A stretch of 64,000 nt of DNA from Clostridia bacterium. GTDB lineage: Bacteria > Bacillota > Clostridia > UMGS1883 > UMGS1540. The translations under genes were made by a program, and so were the position numbers. This document shows positions 52,500-61,610 of this stretch, in pieces. Each line of letters opens with the position of its first letter. Within the stretch, counting starts at the first letter, position 1. The stretch covers positions 9,803-73,802 of the forward strand of contig JAZSIR010000016.1 of assembly GCA_045533905.1 (NCBI GenBank), written 5' to 3'. The notes under the pieces were generated by a model that ran no database searches, was not told the DNA's origin, and worked only from the letters and a program-made list of their open reading frames with translations.

Positions 52500-53618
52500 A
52501 TGCACGCTTTAGGCATTGTGGCCGAATACAATCCGTTTCATACGGGGCATGCATATCATATAGAAAAAGCAAAACAAGAGACCGCGGCAGAGGGCGTTGT
52601 TGCCGTTATGAGCGGGAACTTTGTGCAGCGGGGAGAGCCTGCGATCCTGGATAAATGGACGCGGGCTTTTCGTGCTATTTCCGGTGGCGTGGATCTGGTG
52701 CTGGAGTTGCCCACCGTTTACGCGCTTTCCTCCGCAGAGGGCTTTGCCCGCGGTGCGGTGGAGACGCTTCGCAGCACCGGCGTTGTGGATACACTTTCTT
52801 TCGGTAGCGAATGCGGCGATATAGCCCTTCTTAAAAGGGCAGCCAACATCTTAGAAGAGGAGCCGCCGCACTTTCGGGAGGTCCTTCAAAAAGAGCTTCG
52901 GGAGGGTAGGTCCTATGCCGCTGCCCGCATGGTGGCACTCGCCGCGATAGATGCAGAAGCCGCAAAACTTCTTTTAGAGCCGAATAACATTTTAGGCGTT
53001 CATTATTTGCGCTTTGCAAAGGATTTGGCGGTGCATACCGTAAAAAGGGAGGGGAGCGGATATCTTGCCGAGGAGATTGAAGAAGGTTTTCCTTCTGCGA
53101 TGGCGCTTCGGCAAAAACTCCTTTCGGGAGAACCTGTGGATGTATACCTAAAAAAACCAATAGATAGAGAGGAACTCCATTCGCTCGAGGACTATGCCGA
53201 TCTTATTTTATATGCCGTAAAGGCTACAAACTGGCAAGCCTTTGAAACGATTCCGGACGCGGTCAAAAAACGTATTGCCTCGGCAGATACATCGAGCCTT
53301 TCTGCACTTTTAGAAAGCGCAAAAACGCGGCATATACCGATGGCAACCCTAAAACGTGCTCTTTTGCAGATTCTCCTTCAAAACACGCGCACAGCCGAAG
53401 AAAAGCCGCAGTACATCCGCGTACTAGGCTTTACTGACCGCGGACAGGAAATTTTGAAAGAAATGAAGAAGACGGCGAGCCTTCCGATTATCACAAGACC
53501 TGCCGCGTTTTCAGAGCCTTCACCAATTTGGGAACTCGAAAACCGCGCAACCGATATATATTTTTTAGGAGCGCGTCGCGTGGGCGAAAACATCCGCCGC
53601 GCACCTGTAAAGGCCTAG
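52500..53618 (+). CDS. tmcAL: tRNA(Met) cytidine acetate ligase (nucleotidyltransferase, UPF0348/YlbM)
   Basis: GIVAEYNPFHTGHAYH…VAVMSGNFVQRGEPAILDKW…LVLELPTVYALSSAEGFARGAVE. Confidence 0.8.
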   Translation: MHALGIVAEYNPFHTGHAYHIEKAKQETAAEGVVAVMSGNFVQRGEPAILDKWTRAFRAISGGVDLVLELPTVYALSSAEGFARGAVETLRSTGVVDTLSFGSECGDIALLKRAANILEEEPPHFREVLQKELREGRSYAAARMVALAAIDAEAAKLLLEPNNILGVHYLRFAKDLAVHTVKREGSGYLAEEIEEGFPSAMALRQKLLSGEPVDVYLKKPIDREELHSLEDYADLILYAVKATNWQAFETIPDAVKKRIASADTSSLSALLESAKTRHIPMATLKRALLQILLQNTRTAEEKPQYIRVLGFTDRGQEILKEMKKTASLPIITRPAAFSEPSPIWELENRATDIYFLGARRVGENIRRAPVKA

Positions 53619-53694
53619 AAAAAAATAATTGCAATTTATGCAAAAATATGCTATACTGTAAAAGAATTTTACCTTATACTGTGGAGGGATAAAC

Positions 53695-54957
53695 ATGAAA
53701 GATGAAACAAAATGCCTGCATGCAGGGTACACCCCGAAAAACGCGGAACCGCGTGTGGTACCGATTGTGCAGAGCACAACATATGTATATGATTCTACCG
53801 CGGACGTGGCGGCTGTATTTGATGACCCGACAAAGTCCCTCATCTATTCCCGCTTTGCAAACCCCACCGTTATGGCAGTAGAAGAAAAAATTGCGGCGCT
53901 GGAGGGCGGCGTAGGTGCAATGTGCACCTCGTCCGGTCAGGCGGCCACACTTCTTTCTATCCTCAATATTTGTCAGGCAGGCGATAGCTTTATAAGCCTT
54001 TCTGAGGTGTACGGCGGCACAGTAAACCTCTTTGCCGTAACACTCAAGAAACTCGGCATTGAGTGCATTTTTGTGGATAAGAACGCTACCGACGAAGAAC
54101 TCGAGAACGCTTTTAAAGAAAATACGAAGGCCGTTTTCGGCGAAACGATTGCAAACCCCGCACTTTCTGTTTTGGATATCGAGCGCTTTGCAAAGTTTGC
54201 CCATGCACACGGCGTGCCGCTGATTGTCGACAACACCTTCGCAACGCCGGTTCTTTGTAAACCGATCGATTTCGGCGCGGATATCGTTATTCATTCCACT
54301 TCTAAATATATGGACGGCCACGCCGTGCAGGTAGGCGGTGTTATTGTCGATAGCGGCCGCTTTGACTGGACGAACGGCAAGTTCCCCGAACTTGTAGAGC
54401 CGGACGAATCGTACCACGGTTTATCGTACACCAAGACATACGGCAAAATGGCCTATATCTTAAAGGCCCGTATGCAGCTGATGCGCGACTTTGGTGTATA
54501 TCCGGCTGCACATTCTGCATTTCTTTTAAATCTCGGCCTTGAAACGCTCGCTGTTCGTATGCAGCGCTACTGCGAAAATGCGAAGGTTGTAGCAGGATAT
54601 CTCGCAAAATCGGATAAAATTGAAAGTATTACATATCCCGGACTTCCCGGTGATGCAAGCTACGCTCTTTCCGAGAAATACTTAAAAGGTGCAAGCGGCG
54701 TTATTTCGTTTGTGATCCGTGGCGGCAAGGAAGCGGCTATGCGCTTTATGGATTCTCTGGAGCTTGCTTCGAATGAAGTGCACGTTGCAGATATCCGCAC
54801 ATGCGTTCTGCATCCCGCAAGTGAAACACACCGTCAGCTTACAGACGAACAGCTCGTAGCCGCAGGTATTCAGCCCGGTATGGTGCGCTTCTCTGTAGGG
54901 CTTGAGAATGTAGAAGACATCTTAAAAGACATCGAAAAGGCGCTTGCCGCCGTTTGA
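53695..54957 (+). CDS. metY: O-acetylhomoserine/O-acetylserine sulfhydrylase (PLP-dependent)
   Basis: Cys/Met-metabolism PLP family; lysine motif …STSKYMDGH…; RBS GGAGGGA. Confidence 0.85.
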   Translation: MKDETKCLHAGYTPKNAEPRVVPIVQSTTYVYDSTADVAAVFDDPTKSLIYSRFANPTVMAVEEKIAALEGGVGAMCTSSGQAATLLSILNICQAGDSFISLSEVYGGTVNLFAVTLKKLGIECIFVDKNATDEELENAFKENTKAVFGETIANPALSVLDIERFAKFAHAHGVPLIVDNTFATPVLCKPIDFGADIVIHSTSKYMDGHAVQVGGVIVDSGRFDWTNGKFPELVEPDESYHGLSYTKTYGKMAYILKARMQLMRDFGVYPAAHSAFLLNLGLETLAVRMQRYCENAKVVAGYLAKSDKIESITYPGLPGDASYALSEKYLKGASGVISFVIRGGKEAAMRFMDSLELASNEVHVADIRTCVLHPASETHRQLTDEQLVAAGIQPGMVRFSVGLENVEDILKDIEKALAAV

Positions 54958-55052
54958 CGAGACGACAAAAAGGAGCCGCACTATACTGGTGCTGCCCCTT
55001 TTTGTGGGTATAGACTTCTTTACACTTTATAAAAAAGAAAAAGAGGAAACGT

Positions 55053-56225
55053 ATGAAGAAAACAGTGGCCGGCATATTGCTCTTTTGCCTTATGGTGATG
55101 GCAATGCCGGTAGGAAGCGCCAGTGTTACGATGTACGCGGCCGACGGGCGCACAACCCTTGTGCCGGAGAAAGACGTGGAAGCGTACACAAAAGTAGGCT
55201 GGTACAGAACATATGAAGAAACTGTCACCACGGTGTATGCAATGGATGGCCGCACACTTGTCATTCCCAAGGCGTATTTCGGGGACTATCTGAACGTCGG
55301 CTGGTATGCCACACGGGAGGAAACGGTGGCAACCGTGTATGCTATGGACGGTCGTACCCTCGAGGTGCCGCGCGCACATCTGGAGGAATATCTGCGCGTG
55401 GGCTGGTATGCCACACGCGAGGAAACGGTTGCAACCGTGTACGCGATGGATGGCCGAAGTCTCGAGATCCCAAGGGATTTCCTTGCGGACTATCTGAAGG
55501 TGGGCTGGTATGCCACGGAAGCGGAAACGAGGCAGAATGTGTATGCGCCCGATGGGCGGGTGCTGCGCATATTAAAGCCGGAGCTTTCGGCATATCTTGC
55601 CGTTGGCTGGAGCGCGATACCGTTTTCTTCACCGCGCGTAGCCCTCACATTTGATGACGGGCCGCATGGTACACACACAGATGCTGTTTTGAACACACTC
55701 GCAAAATACGGCGTAAAAGCCACGTTCTTCATGCTCGGTACACAGGTGGATAAGTATCCGGCCGTGGCCGCGCGTGTGGCGGAAGCGGGCCATGAAATCG
55801 GAAGCCACACCTATATCCATCCGAACCTTTCCAAAAGCAGCGCATCGCGCATCCAGAGTGAGGTTTCCAAAACGAGGAATTCTATTCTGCGCGCCACCGG
55901 AAAGGAGCCCTCGCTCCTTCGCCCGCCGTACGGAAATCATACGGCCACAGTGCGCCGCCTTGCAGGTGTACCGACGGTTTTATGGAATGTAGATACAGAG
56001 GACTGGAGGGGAAAAAGCGCCGACGCGATTGCACAGCACATTTTGTCGCACGCGTGGGACGGCGCGGTAATCCTTATGCACGATATCTACGAAAATACCG
56101 CAGAGGCGATTGAAAAAGCCGTGCCAGCACTTCTTGCGCGCGGTGTGCGCCTTGTAACGGTGAGCGAGCTTGCCGCCGCAAAGGGGCAGACGCTTTCCGC
56201 GGGAACGGCTTATTATGGGTTTTAG
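55053..56225 (+). CDS. secreted polysaccharide deacetylase (NodB domain) with an N-terminal 5x34-aa tandem-repeat module
   Basis: Signal peptide; repeats …VGWYATREETVATVYAMDGRTL…; NodB motifs TFDDGP / HTYIHP / RPPYG. Confidence 0.8.
   Translation: MKKTVAGILLFCLMVMAMPVGSASVTMYAADGRTTLVPEKDVEAYTKVGWYRTYEETVTTVYAMDGRTLVIPKAYFGDYLNVGWYATREETVATVYAMDGRTLEVPRAHLEEYLRVGWYATREETVATVYAMDGRSLEIPRDFLADYLKVGWYATEAETRQNVYAPDGRVLRILKPELSAYLAVGWSAIPFSSPRVALTFDDGPHGTHTDAVLNTLAKYGVKATFFMLGTQVDKYPAVAARVAEAGHEIGSHTYIHPNLSKSSASRIQSEVSKTRNSILRATGKEPSLLRPPYGNHTATVRRLAGVPTVLWNVDTEDWRGKSADAIAQHILSHAWDGAVILMHDIYENTAEAIEKAVPALLARGVRLVTVSELAAAKGQTLSAGTAYYGF
55125..55622 (+). repeat. five tandem ~102-bp coding repeats (34-aa units) inside the deacetylase gene
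   Basis: Near-identical DNA units, e.g. ggctggtatgccacacg(g/c)gaggaaacggt(g/t)gcaaccgtgta(t/c)gc(t/g)atggac/tgg. Confidence 0.85.
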
Positions 56226-56240
56226 AAAGGAAATCTTGGT

Positions 56241-58592
56241 ATGACACTCAGAGAACTTACAATCGGACAGCGTGCCACCATTACCGAGGTAGGTGGGGAA
56301 GGAAACCTTCGACGCCACTTCCTAAATATGGGAGTCATTCCGGGTGCGGAAGTGCGGGTGCAGAAGTATGCCCCGATGGGTGACCCGATCGAACTGGAAA
56401 TTCACGGGTACACGCTCACGCTTCGTCTTGCGGATGCCGAAAAAATCCGTGTCCGCATTGAAACGGAGGCGATTACGCGCGCAGAGACCAAACCGTGCGA
56501 AAGGCGTGCGGCACATCCCGGCCTTGGTGAAAGCGGAAAGTACCATGTAAAAACGGACGGGGACCCGCTTCCGAAAGGTAAAACAATCACTTTTGCGCTG
56601 GCAGGAAACCAGAACTCCGGCAAAACCACACTTTTTAATCAGCTGACGGGTGCAAACCAGCACGTCGGTAATTTTCCGGGCATTACAGTGGACAGAAAAA
56701 CGGGAAACATCCGAGGCCAAAACGGGGCAGAGGTTACGGATCTTCCCGGTATCTATTCGCTGTCTCCCTTCAGCCGCGAAGAAATTGTTTCCCGTGAATT
56801 TATTTTGAAGGAAAAGCCGGAAGGCATTATCAATATTGTCGATGCTACGAACATCGAACGAAATCTCTACCTCACGATGCAGCTTATGGAACTCGATGTG
56901 CCGATGGTGCTCGCACTCAATATGATGGATGAGGTGCGTGGGAACGGCGGCACCATCCACATTAATGAAATGGAAGAAATCCTCGGCATACCGGTTGTTC
57001 CGATTTCTGCCGCGAAAAACGAAGGCGTTGAGGAGCTTATAAAGCATGCGATGCACGTGGCACGGTACAGGGAAAAACCTGGCCGGAATGACTTTTGTGA
57101 TAAGGATAAAAACGGCGGCGCCGTGCACAGATGCCTCCACGGCATTATGCATCTTATAGAGGACCATGCGAAAGAAGCCGACATTCCGCTTCGCTTTGCC
57201 GCGGCCAAGCTTGTGGAAGGGGATAGCCTTGTAATGGAGGCGCTCGCCCTTTCCGGAAATGAAAAAGAAATGATAGAGCATATTATCACACAGATGGAAG
57301 AGGAACGCGGACTCGACCGCGCCGCCGCCATTGCCGATATGCGCTTTTCGTTCATACATAAGCTTTGCGAAAAAACAGTTTCGCGTCCTCACGAAAGTCG
57401 CGAGCATGTGCGAAGTCAGAAAGTTGATAAAATTCTCACGGGGAAATATACGGCCATTCCGTCATTCATCCTCATTATGGCGGCGATCTTCTGGCTGACC
57501 TTCAGCGTTATCGGCGCCTATTTGCAGGGCCTTCTGGAAGGTGGCATCGAAGCGCTCGGCAGTGTCCTTGACTTATGGCTTACAAAAGCGGACGTCAACC
57601 CCGCACTCCATTCTTTGGTCATTGACGGCATATTCAGCGGTGTGGGAAGCGTTTTAAGCTTCATTCCCGTCATCATTGTCCTTTTCTTCTTCTTATCCAT
57701 TTTGGAGGATAGCGGCTATATGGCACGTATTGCCTTTGTGATGGATAAGCTGCTGCGGAAAATCGGGCTCTCCGGCAGAAGCATCGTGCCGATGCTTATC
57801 GGCTTCGGGTGCACCGTGCCGGGCGTTATGGCCAGCCGCACGCTTCCTTCGGCGCGTGACAGAAAGCTTACGATTATTCTGACGCCTTTTATGAGCTGCA
57901 CGGCAAAGCTTCCGATTTACGGCTTCTTTGCAAATGCATTCTTCCCACAGTACGCCGGGCTTATTATGATAAGCCTGTATCTTCTCGGTATTCTGGTCGG
58001 CATTCTGACGGCATACATATCCAAAGGCACCGCGTTTCGCGGTGAGGCCGTTCCGTTTGTAATGGAGCTTCCAAATTACCGTTTGCCTGCCGTAAGGAAC
58101 GTCATTCAGCTTTTGTGGGATAAAGCGAAGGACTTTCTCCAGAGAGCCTTCACCGTCATTTTCGTCGCTTCTATGGCCGTGTGGTTTTTGCAGAGCTTCG
58201 ATTTTGGCTTAAATCTTGCCCAAAGTGCGGAAGAAAGTATTCTGGCGCGTATTTCCGGCGTGGTAGCGCCTGTTTTTGCGCCCTTGGGGTTTGGTGATTG
58301 GCGCCTTGTAACGGCGCTTGTAGCAGGTTTTATGGCAAAGGAAAGCGTAGTTTCCACTTTATCCGTTCTTTTGGGTGACGGGGCAGGCATCCTTTCGCTT
58401 CTGACGCCGATGGCGGCGGCCGCATTTTTGGTATTCTGTCTTTTGTACACACCGTGCGTAGCGGCAGTTGCGGCTATTCGCCGCGAGCTTGGCGGCAGAT
58501 GGGCCGCGGGCATTGTACTCGGCCAATGCATTGTGGCGTGGCTGTGTGCACTCCTTGTGCGCGGCGCCTGGATTTTGATTTCTATTCTTTAA
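56241..58592 (+). CDS. feoB: ferrous iron transporter FeoA-FeoB fusion
   Basis: N-terminal FeoA SH3-like domain (~75 aa), then G-domain GNQNSGKTTLFN and a large polytopic permease. Confidence 0.9.
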   Translation: MTLRELTIGQRATITEVGGEGNLRRHFLNMGVIPGAEVRVQKYAPMGDPIELEIHGYTLTLRLADAEKIRVRIETEAITRAETKPCERRAAHPGLGESGKYHVKTDGDPLPKGKTITFALAGNQNSGKTTLFNQLTGANQHVGNFPGITVDRKTGNIRGQNGAEVTDLPGIYSLSPFSREEIVSREFILKEKPEGIINIVDATNIERNLYLTMQLMELDVPMVLALNMMDEVRGNGGTIHINEMEEILGIPVVPISAAKNEGVEELIKHAMHVARYREKPGRNDFCDKDKNGGAVHRCLHGIMHLIEDHAKEADIPLRFAAAKLVEGDSLVMEALALSGNEKEMIEHIITQMEEERGLDRAAAIADMRFSFIHKLCEKTVSRPHESREHVRSQKVDKILTGKYTAIPSFILIMAAIFWLTFSVIGAYLQGLLEGGIEALGSVLDLWLTKADVNPALHSLVIDGIFSGVGSVLSFIPVIIVLFFFLSILEDSGYMARIAFVMDKLLRKIGLSGRSIVPMLIGFGCTVPGVMASRTLPSARDRKLTIILTPFMSCTAKLPIYGFFANAFFPQYAGLIMISLYLLGILVGILTAYISKGTAFRGEAVPFVMELPNYRLPAVRNVIQLLWDKAKDFLQRAFTVIFVASMAVWFLQSFDFGLNLAQSAEESILARISGVVAPVFAPLGFGDWRLVTALVAGFMAKESVVSTLSVLLGDGAGILSLLTPMAAAAFLVFCLLYTPCVAAVAAIRRELGGRWAAGIVLGQCIVAWLCALLVRGAWILISIL

Positions 58593-58594
58593 TA

Positions 58595-58627
58595 TAAAAA
58601 GCAGTTCCTATGGACTGCTTTTTTGTT
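58595..58627 (+). terminator. rho-independent terminator after feoAB
   Basis: AAAAAGCAGTcC-tat-GGACTGCTTTTTT. Confidence 0.85.
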
Positions 58628-58725
58628 TTGACGGAAAATGTCGAACAAAAGAACATTTCCGGAAGGTCGGCATATAGTGTACTGAGGCGGTTTTTTATTT
58701 TTACGCCTCAGATAGGAGAGGAGCA

Positions 58726-58947
58726 ATGCTTTTACAAGTTGCGTCGATGACAGATGCCGTGCGAATGAAAAAGAAGCTCCGCCAAATGGGGATGCCGTCT
58801 GAAGTGGTACAGACGCCACCCCGCGCCCGCCGCGGCGGATGCGGCTATTCCGTAAGAATCCAGGAAAAGGCACTTCAGCCGGCGGAGACGGCAGCAAGGG
58901 AGATCGGGGTGCGAATTCTCGGCGTATTGAAGGGTGAGCCCTTATGA
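58726..58947 (+). CDS. DUF3343-family small protein (putative Se/S carrier-like)
   Basis: 73 aa; typical partner of class-V aminotransferases; 4-nt ATGA overlap with the next gene. Confidence 0.6.
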   Translation: MLLQVASMTDAVRMKKKLRQMGMPSEVVQTPPRARRGGCGYSVRIQEKALQPAETAAREIGVRILGVLKGEPL

Positions 58948-60083
58948 TTTACCTCGATAACGGCGCCACCTCTTTTCCAAAGCCCCGAAGCGTACACGCC
59001 GAAATGGCTGGGTGTATGGAAAATTACGCGGCGAATGCAGGGCGCGGTGCACATAAAATGAGCGTGCAGGCCGCCGAGAAAATATGGGAAACGCGTGTGC
59101 TTTTAGCAAAGCTTTTCCATATCCCTTCGCCCGAGAGAATCGTTTTTACCCAAAACTGCACAGATAGCATAAATATTGCCCTTGGCGGCATACCGGAAAG
59201 CGGCGATGACCTTATTATTTCCGATATGGAGCATAACAGCGTATACCGGCCGAGCCTTGCGCTTTCGAAAGAAGGTGTGCGCACGCTCTTTGCCCGCGCC
59301 GGGGAGGATGGCACGGTAAGTCCCGAGGCTGTCCTTCGTGAAATCACGCCGCGCACGCGGATGATTTGCCTGCAGCACGCTTCCAATGTGGGTGGTGGTA
59401 TCAATCCCATCCGGGAGATTGGCCGCCTCGCGCGGGAGCGCGGGATTCTCTTTATGGTTGACGCCGCGCAGACAGCAGGGTGCACTTCTATTGATGTTGA
59501 GCGCGACAGTATCGACATTCTCGCATTTCCCGGGCATAAAGGACTTTTGGGACCGCAGGGCGTGGGCGGTCTCTATATCCGCGAGGGCATTGCTATCCGC
59601 CCTATGCGTGCGGGCGGAACGGGAAGCCTTTCGGAAAGTGCAGAAATGCCGCCGTTTCTGCCGGATAGGTTGGAGGCAGGGACGGTGAATTTGCCGGGGA
59701 TTGCAGGCCTTTCGGGCGGCGTGCGCTTCGTACTTTCGAAGGGTGTCGACAGAATAGAGAAATACGAAAGAAGGCTTTGTGAAAATTTTATCCGTGCGGT
59801 AGAGACAATTCCCGGAGTCCGCGTTCTCGGACCGGAGGAGCACGCCCGTCGCGTGGGCGTAGTGTCTCTCGCATTGGAAGAACGCGATGTGGGCGAAATT
59901 GCCGCAGTATTAGATGAAAAATACGGTATTGCCACGCGGGCGGGGCTCCATTGTGCGCCGCTTGCGGCCGCGCGTTTCGGCATTTTGGATAAAGGAAGTA
60001 TCCGTTTTTCCCCCGGCGTTTTTACAACGCCACGGGAAATGACATATGCGGCACGGGCGATGCGCGAAATTCTTTCCCGATAG
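58944..60083 (+). CDS. aminotransferase class-V / cysteine desulfurase-family PLP enzyme
   Basis: YLDNGATSFP…, PLP-lysine region FPGHKGLLGPQG, …GLHCAP. Confidence 0.8.
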   Translation: MIYLDNGATSFPKPRSVHAEMAGCMENYAANAGRGAHKMSVQAAEKIWETRVLLAKLFHIPSPERIVFTQNCTDSINIALGGIPESGDDLIISDMEHNSVYRPSLALSKEGVRTLFARAGEDGTVSPEAVLREITPRTRMICLQHASNVGGGINPIREIGRLARERGILFMVDAAQTAGCTSIDVERDSIDILAFPGHKGLLGPQGVGGLYIREGIAIRPMRAGGTGSLSESAEMPPFLPDRLEAGTVNLPGIAGLSGGVRFVLSKGVDRIEKYERRLCENFIRAVETIPGVRVLGPEEHARRVGVVSLALEERDVGEIAAVLDEKYGIATRAGLHCAPLAAARFGILDKGSIRFSPGVFTTPREMTYAARAMREILSR

Positions 60084-60094
60084 CATAAAACAGA

Positions 60095-60135
60095 AAAAGT
60101 GCACATAGGCTATAAAAAGCGTATGTGCACTTTTA
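60095..60135. terminator. bidirectional terminator
   Basis: AAAAGTGCACATA-N14-TATGTGCACTTTT. Confidence 0.8.
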
Positions 60136-60150
60136 CATTTGGGAGGGACT

Positions 60151-60393
60151 ATGCGAATTTATGATTTTCGCCAGAAAGAAGTAATTAACCTTGTGGACGG
60201 CGCAAGGCTCGGATATGTGTTTGATGCGGAAATTGACCCGGAAAGCGGCAGGATTGAAGCGCTGATTATACCGGGGCAGAGTAAGGTGCTTGGCATTTTC
60301 GGAAAAGAAAATGAATTTGTTATCCCTTGGGGAAGCATCCGGAGAATCGGGGATGATATCGTGCTTATCGAGATGGGAAAAGTCTCCTCTTAG
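60151..60393 (+). CDS. YlmC/YmxH-family sporulation protein (PRC-barrel)
   Basis: MRIYDFRQKEVINLVDGARLGYV…DPESGRIEALIIP…. Confidence 0.75.
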   Translation: MRIYDFRQKEVINLVDGARLGYVFDAEIDPESGRIEALIIPGQSKVLGIFGKENEFVIPWGSIRRIGDDIVLIEMGKVSS

Positions 60394-60962
60394 CGATAGG
60401 CGTCACACCACGCGCGATATTCCTGCGGTGTCATCAGCGCATTCACAGCCGCGAGCAGTGCTTTTTGCGAAAGCTGCGGCGGCAGGTGCAGAAAAGCGGC
60501 AAGTGCGGCCCGCTTTTCACGGCTGCCGGCGGTGCCTAAAAGGCCGTCTTCATAAAAATGCAGATGCGTGATTTTCTCCGTCACTTCTTCTTTGGGTGTG
60601 GAAACCGCCAAAAGCAAGGAAAGAAGCGTGTCGCAGGGAACGCCCTCTACACCGAGCGTGCCTTCAGCCGAGGCGCGCGTTTTTCTTTTTTCCTTTCCCG
60701 GAAGCGCGGGGATATACGCGTCAAGCACCCGTCCTTCGGTGATATGCTCGTGCAAAAACGACCGTATCTTAAAGCCGGCGCTGTCCGAATCCATCAGAAT
60801 AATAATGCCGTTTTTTTTGGCAAGCGCCTGTATATACGAAAGGCGCTCGGTATCCGTAAAAACGGAGAATCCGAATGTGGGCACTATGAGTGCATCGACG
60901 ATGGAATTGAGATGCATTTTATCATATGTACCTTCTACTATGATGGCTTCCTGTATCTGCAT
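60390..60962 (-). CDS. rnmV: ribonuclease M5-like Toprim-domain protein
   Basis: IVEGTYDKMHL…IILMDSDSAG Toprim motifs; size ~190 aa. Confidence 0.55.
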   Translation of the reverse strand: MQIQEAIIVEGTYDKMHLNSIVDALIVPTFGFSVFTDTERLSYIQALAKKNGIIILMDSDSAGFKIRSFLHEHITEGRVLDAYIPALPGKEKRKTRASAEGTLGVEGVPCDTLLSLLLAVSTPKEEVTEKITHLHFYEDGLLGTAGSREKRAALAAFLHLPPQLSQKALLAAVNALMTPQEYRAWCDAYR

Positions 60963-60966
60963 ATGG

Positions 60967-61605
60967 TTACACCGATGTCGGGAGCGCGGTTATATACTCT
61001 CCCAGAAAGTCATTTTTGCCGTAGAAAAGGACTTCAAACTCACCGTTTTCTTTGTAAATAACCTTGGAAGCTGCTGCATTGCCGGCGTAGGGTAAATCCT
61101 TTGCCGCCGAAATCGGAAGGCCCAGCCAGGCTGTTTGCAGAAGGCGAAGAGGGGTGGCGTGTGTGGAAACCAGAACCGTTTCACCACGGTGCCTTGCGGC
61201 AATTTCTTGTGTTGCCGTGAGCACGCGTTCGAGAAGTTCCGCCGTGCTTTCTCCGCCCTCGGGATGCGCAAGACCAATATCTCGGAGCCATAGCTTAAAA
61301 TCGTCCCGGTCTGTAAGTTCGCTGTATTGCTTTCCTTGCCAGACACCGGCGTTGATTTCACGAAGGCGGGGGTCGGTAATCAGCGGAATTCCTTTCCGCA
61401 CGGCCGTTATCTCCGCCGTATGAAAGGCACGCGAAAGGTCGCTCGTATAGGCGACGGTGATAGGAAAGGCATCCAGAAATGCCGCGAGCGCTTCTGCCTG
61501 GTTTTTTCCAAGCTCCGTAAGAGACGGGTTCAGATGGCCGGCAAAAATATTCAGAGGGTTTGTTTCACTTTGTCCGTGTCGTACAATAAGAAGTGTTGTA
61601 TCCAT
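60967..61605 (-). CDS. histidine phosphatase (phosphoglycerate-mutase-like) family protein
   Basis: LLIVRHGQSE(T)N RHG motif; RBS GGAGTAG. Confidence 0.8.
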   Translation of the reverse strand: MDTTLLIVRHGQSETNPLNIFAGHLNPSLTELGKNQAEALAAFLDAFPITVAYTSDLSRAFHTAEITAVRKGIPLITDPRLREINAGVWQGKQYSELTDRDDFKLWLRDIGLAHPEGGESTAELLERVLTATQEIAARHRGETVLVSTHATPLRLLQTAWLGLPISAAKDLPYAGNAAASKVIYKENGEFEVLFYGKNDFLGEYITALPTSV

Positions 61606-61610
61606 TTTCT

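Noticed and set aside
53619-53694. Possible SAM (S-box) riboswitch upstream of metY
   Set aside because: The intergenic region is only ~76 nt and lacks the conserved S-box helices and motifs, so it is too short for a SAM-I element. It only appears to contain a promoter (TATACT) and an RBS.
58682-58711. Leader hairpin before the DUF3343 gene as a second terminator
   Set aside because: No U-tract follows the stem on either strand. It is kept only as a possible regulatory structure in the findings.
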